A DNA stretch of 64,000 nucleotides from Antedon mediterranea (lineage: Eukaryota > Animalia > Echinodermata). The DNA is taken from NCBI RefSeq assembly GCF_964355755.1, contig NC_092675.1, positions 26,880,912 through 26,944,911 on the forward strand, given 5' to 3'. The position numbers and the translations under genes are program-made. Positions 63,101 through 64,000 of the stretch are shown piece after piece; the first letter of the stretch is position 1, and every line of letters begins with the position of its first letter. The notes under the pieces are model-generated. The model did no database searches. It was not told the DNA's origin and saw only the letters and a list, made by a program, of their open reading frames with translations.

Positions 63101-63990
63101 TGGCAGCATCATGGCGCCTCTTGTTATTTCAAACTATGATGTCCATTTTTGGTCAAATTGCACCAATAATCAGCTTGCTGATAATATGGAGTAAGTGACG
63201 CATGTGCTGTTTTAATGTATCCTGTATTTCCCACGCTTAAATCAGTTTATTAAAGAAGCATACAACATAGTCAAATTATTCTTTTTTATTCACGATTAGA
63301 CATTGTGTTTATTGTGACTTGTAGGCCTACTGTATACAATTTAAATTTTGTATTAAGCAATGTTATACCATTCGCTGATTTTTGCTTAAATTTCTTCAAA
63401 ATGTTATGTCTGCCTTTAGAATATAATTCGTCTATATTGGAATATTACAATTTAAACACAATTTTATTCAATAATAAAAGTGTGTTGATTTGTCAAAATT
63501 ATGATTATATTTGTAATAAATATGCAGCCTAACGGAAGTAGTTCTGGGGCTTACGTGTACATAATATATTATATAAATTTATAAAGCACTTTTCCAAAAA
63601 AAAAAAAGAAGACCAAAGCGCTGAACATTAATCAGAGCAGTAGCCTATAAAAAGACAAATAGACCATCTAAATTATTCCTTAGTATAGGGAAAAGAAAAC
63701 TCTTCAACAACTTTTAAAAACATTGTACACTTGGAGCTATACGCACATTAATAGGTAAATTATTCCATAACTTAGGTTCAATGACAGACAATTATTTATC
63801 ACCAAATACACAGTACTAACGTTTTATTCTATTTTACAGCAAGTATCCATGTTTAGTGGACGATCCATTTAAAGGAGACTTCTTTGAACCTGTGGAAAAC
63901 CCAGGCTCCCTGTATACGTTCGAAGATCAGTGTCGGTTTATACACGATGAAAGGTTTGGGGCGTGTCCATGGGCTATCCCATCGTACGGG
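45158..63990 (+). CDS. ADAMTS metalloprotease, ADAMTS2/3/14-like, paralogue B; 5' part only, continues beyond the window
   Basis: Exons 45158-45223 (signal MMAVSKWMLYTLVVCALFFFGT), 53591-53645, 58004-58395, 58595-58739, 60462-60649 (furin site RRKR), 60755-60838, 61091-61238, 61763-61868, 63047-63190 (HELSHLLGVGHD across the junction; GSIMAPLV), 63840-63990. All GT-AG and phase-compatible. Exons 6-10 have the same lengths as in paralogue A (84, 148, 106, 144, 151 nt). Confidence 0.92.
46625..46939. mobile_element. Kolobok-like non-autonomous element (315 bp) with TTAA TSD
   Basis: TTAA|AGATGTATTGTCC ... GGACAATACATCT|TTAA. A solitary related end (ggggcaatatatctttaa) lies near 43648-43666. 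Confidence 0.8.
47600..47866 (+). mobile_element. SINE/L2-type 3' end with (ATT)n tail
   Basis: gcgccttgagcactcttgagtggtatgtgtgcgctataaaaat followed by an (ATT)n run, preceded by a GC-richer body. Confidence 0.65.
50374..50523 (-). mobile_element. Helentron/DINE-1-like element, short copy with (CCGA)n microsatellite
   Basis: aaggccatatacat..ggctgc..gtgtttaccgaccgacc..agagtcgcgt..acgcgactaaaa. Confidence 0.75.
51850..52590 (-). mobile_element. Helentron/DINE-1-like (HINE) element, about 740 bp
   Basis: On the minus strand it begins TTTTAGTCGCGTGGACGCGACT (subTIR plus inner IR hairpin), then a (GTCG/GTCT)n microsatellite. It ends with subTIR CACGCGACT, stem-loop GCCATCTATATGGC and CTTG, sitting in T runs with no TSD. 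Confidence 0.8.
54826..54964. mobile_element. MITE family A, copy 3, both ends present
   Basis: TTA|AGCTCTGTCTAC..GTATACAAAGCT|TAA, in opposite orientation to copies 1 and 2. Confidence 0.8.
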
Positions 63991-64000
63991 GTACGTCACC

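Overview
AT-rich, intron-rich animal genomic DNA. The frequent TAGGCCTA words and the repeat repertoire suggest a marine invertebrate deuterostome such as an echinoderm (inference only). I reconstructed four protein-coding genes by hand from GT-AG boundaries and frame continuity. (1) A short tandem death-effector-domain gene, cFLIP/caspase-8 prodomain-like, with no caspase domain visible (+, from 1558). (2) A complete annexin A7/A11-type gene (+, 6550-19439, 14 coding exons, about 544 aa). (3) A complete ADAMTS2/3/14-like metalloprotease (-, 43866-22272, 26 coding exons, about 1181 aa). (4) A head-to-head paralogue of it (+, from 45158, running off the window). Introns hold many non-autonomous transposons, including two kb-scale palindromic elements with clean target-site duplications. 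The most unusual observations are a duplicated DED-gene exon fused in frame to a LINE fragment (a possible FLIP-short-like terminal exon), a 7- or 13-nt microexon needed to keep the ADAMTS frame across an internally duplicated TSR exon pair, and the divergent ADAMTS pair sharing a 1.3-kb upstream region. No prokaryotic-type system (CRISPR, operon) is present. Most ORFs in the supplied track are spurious. Family assignments rest on remembered motifs, not database searches.
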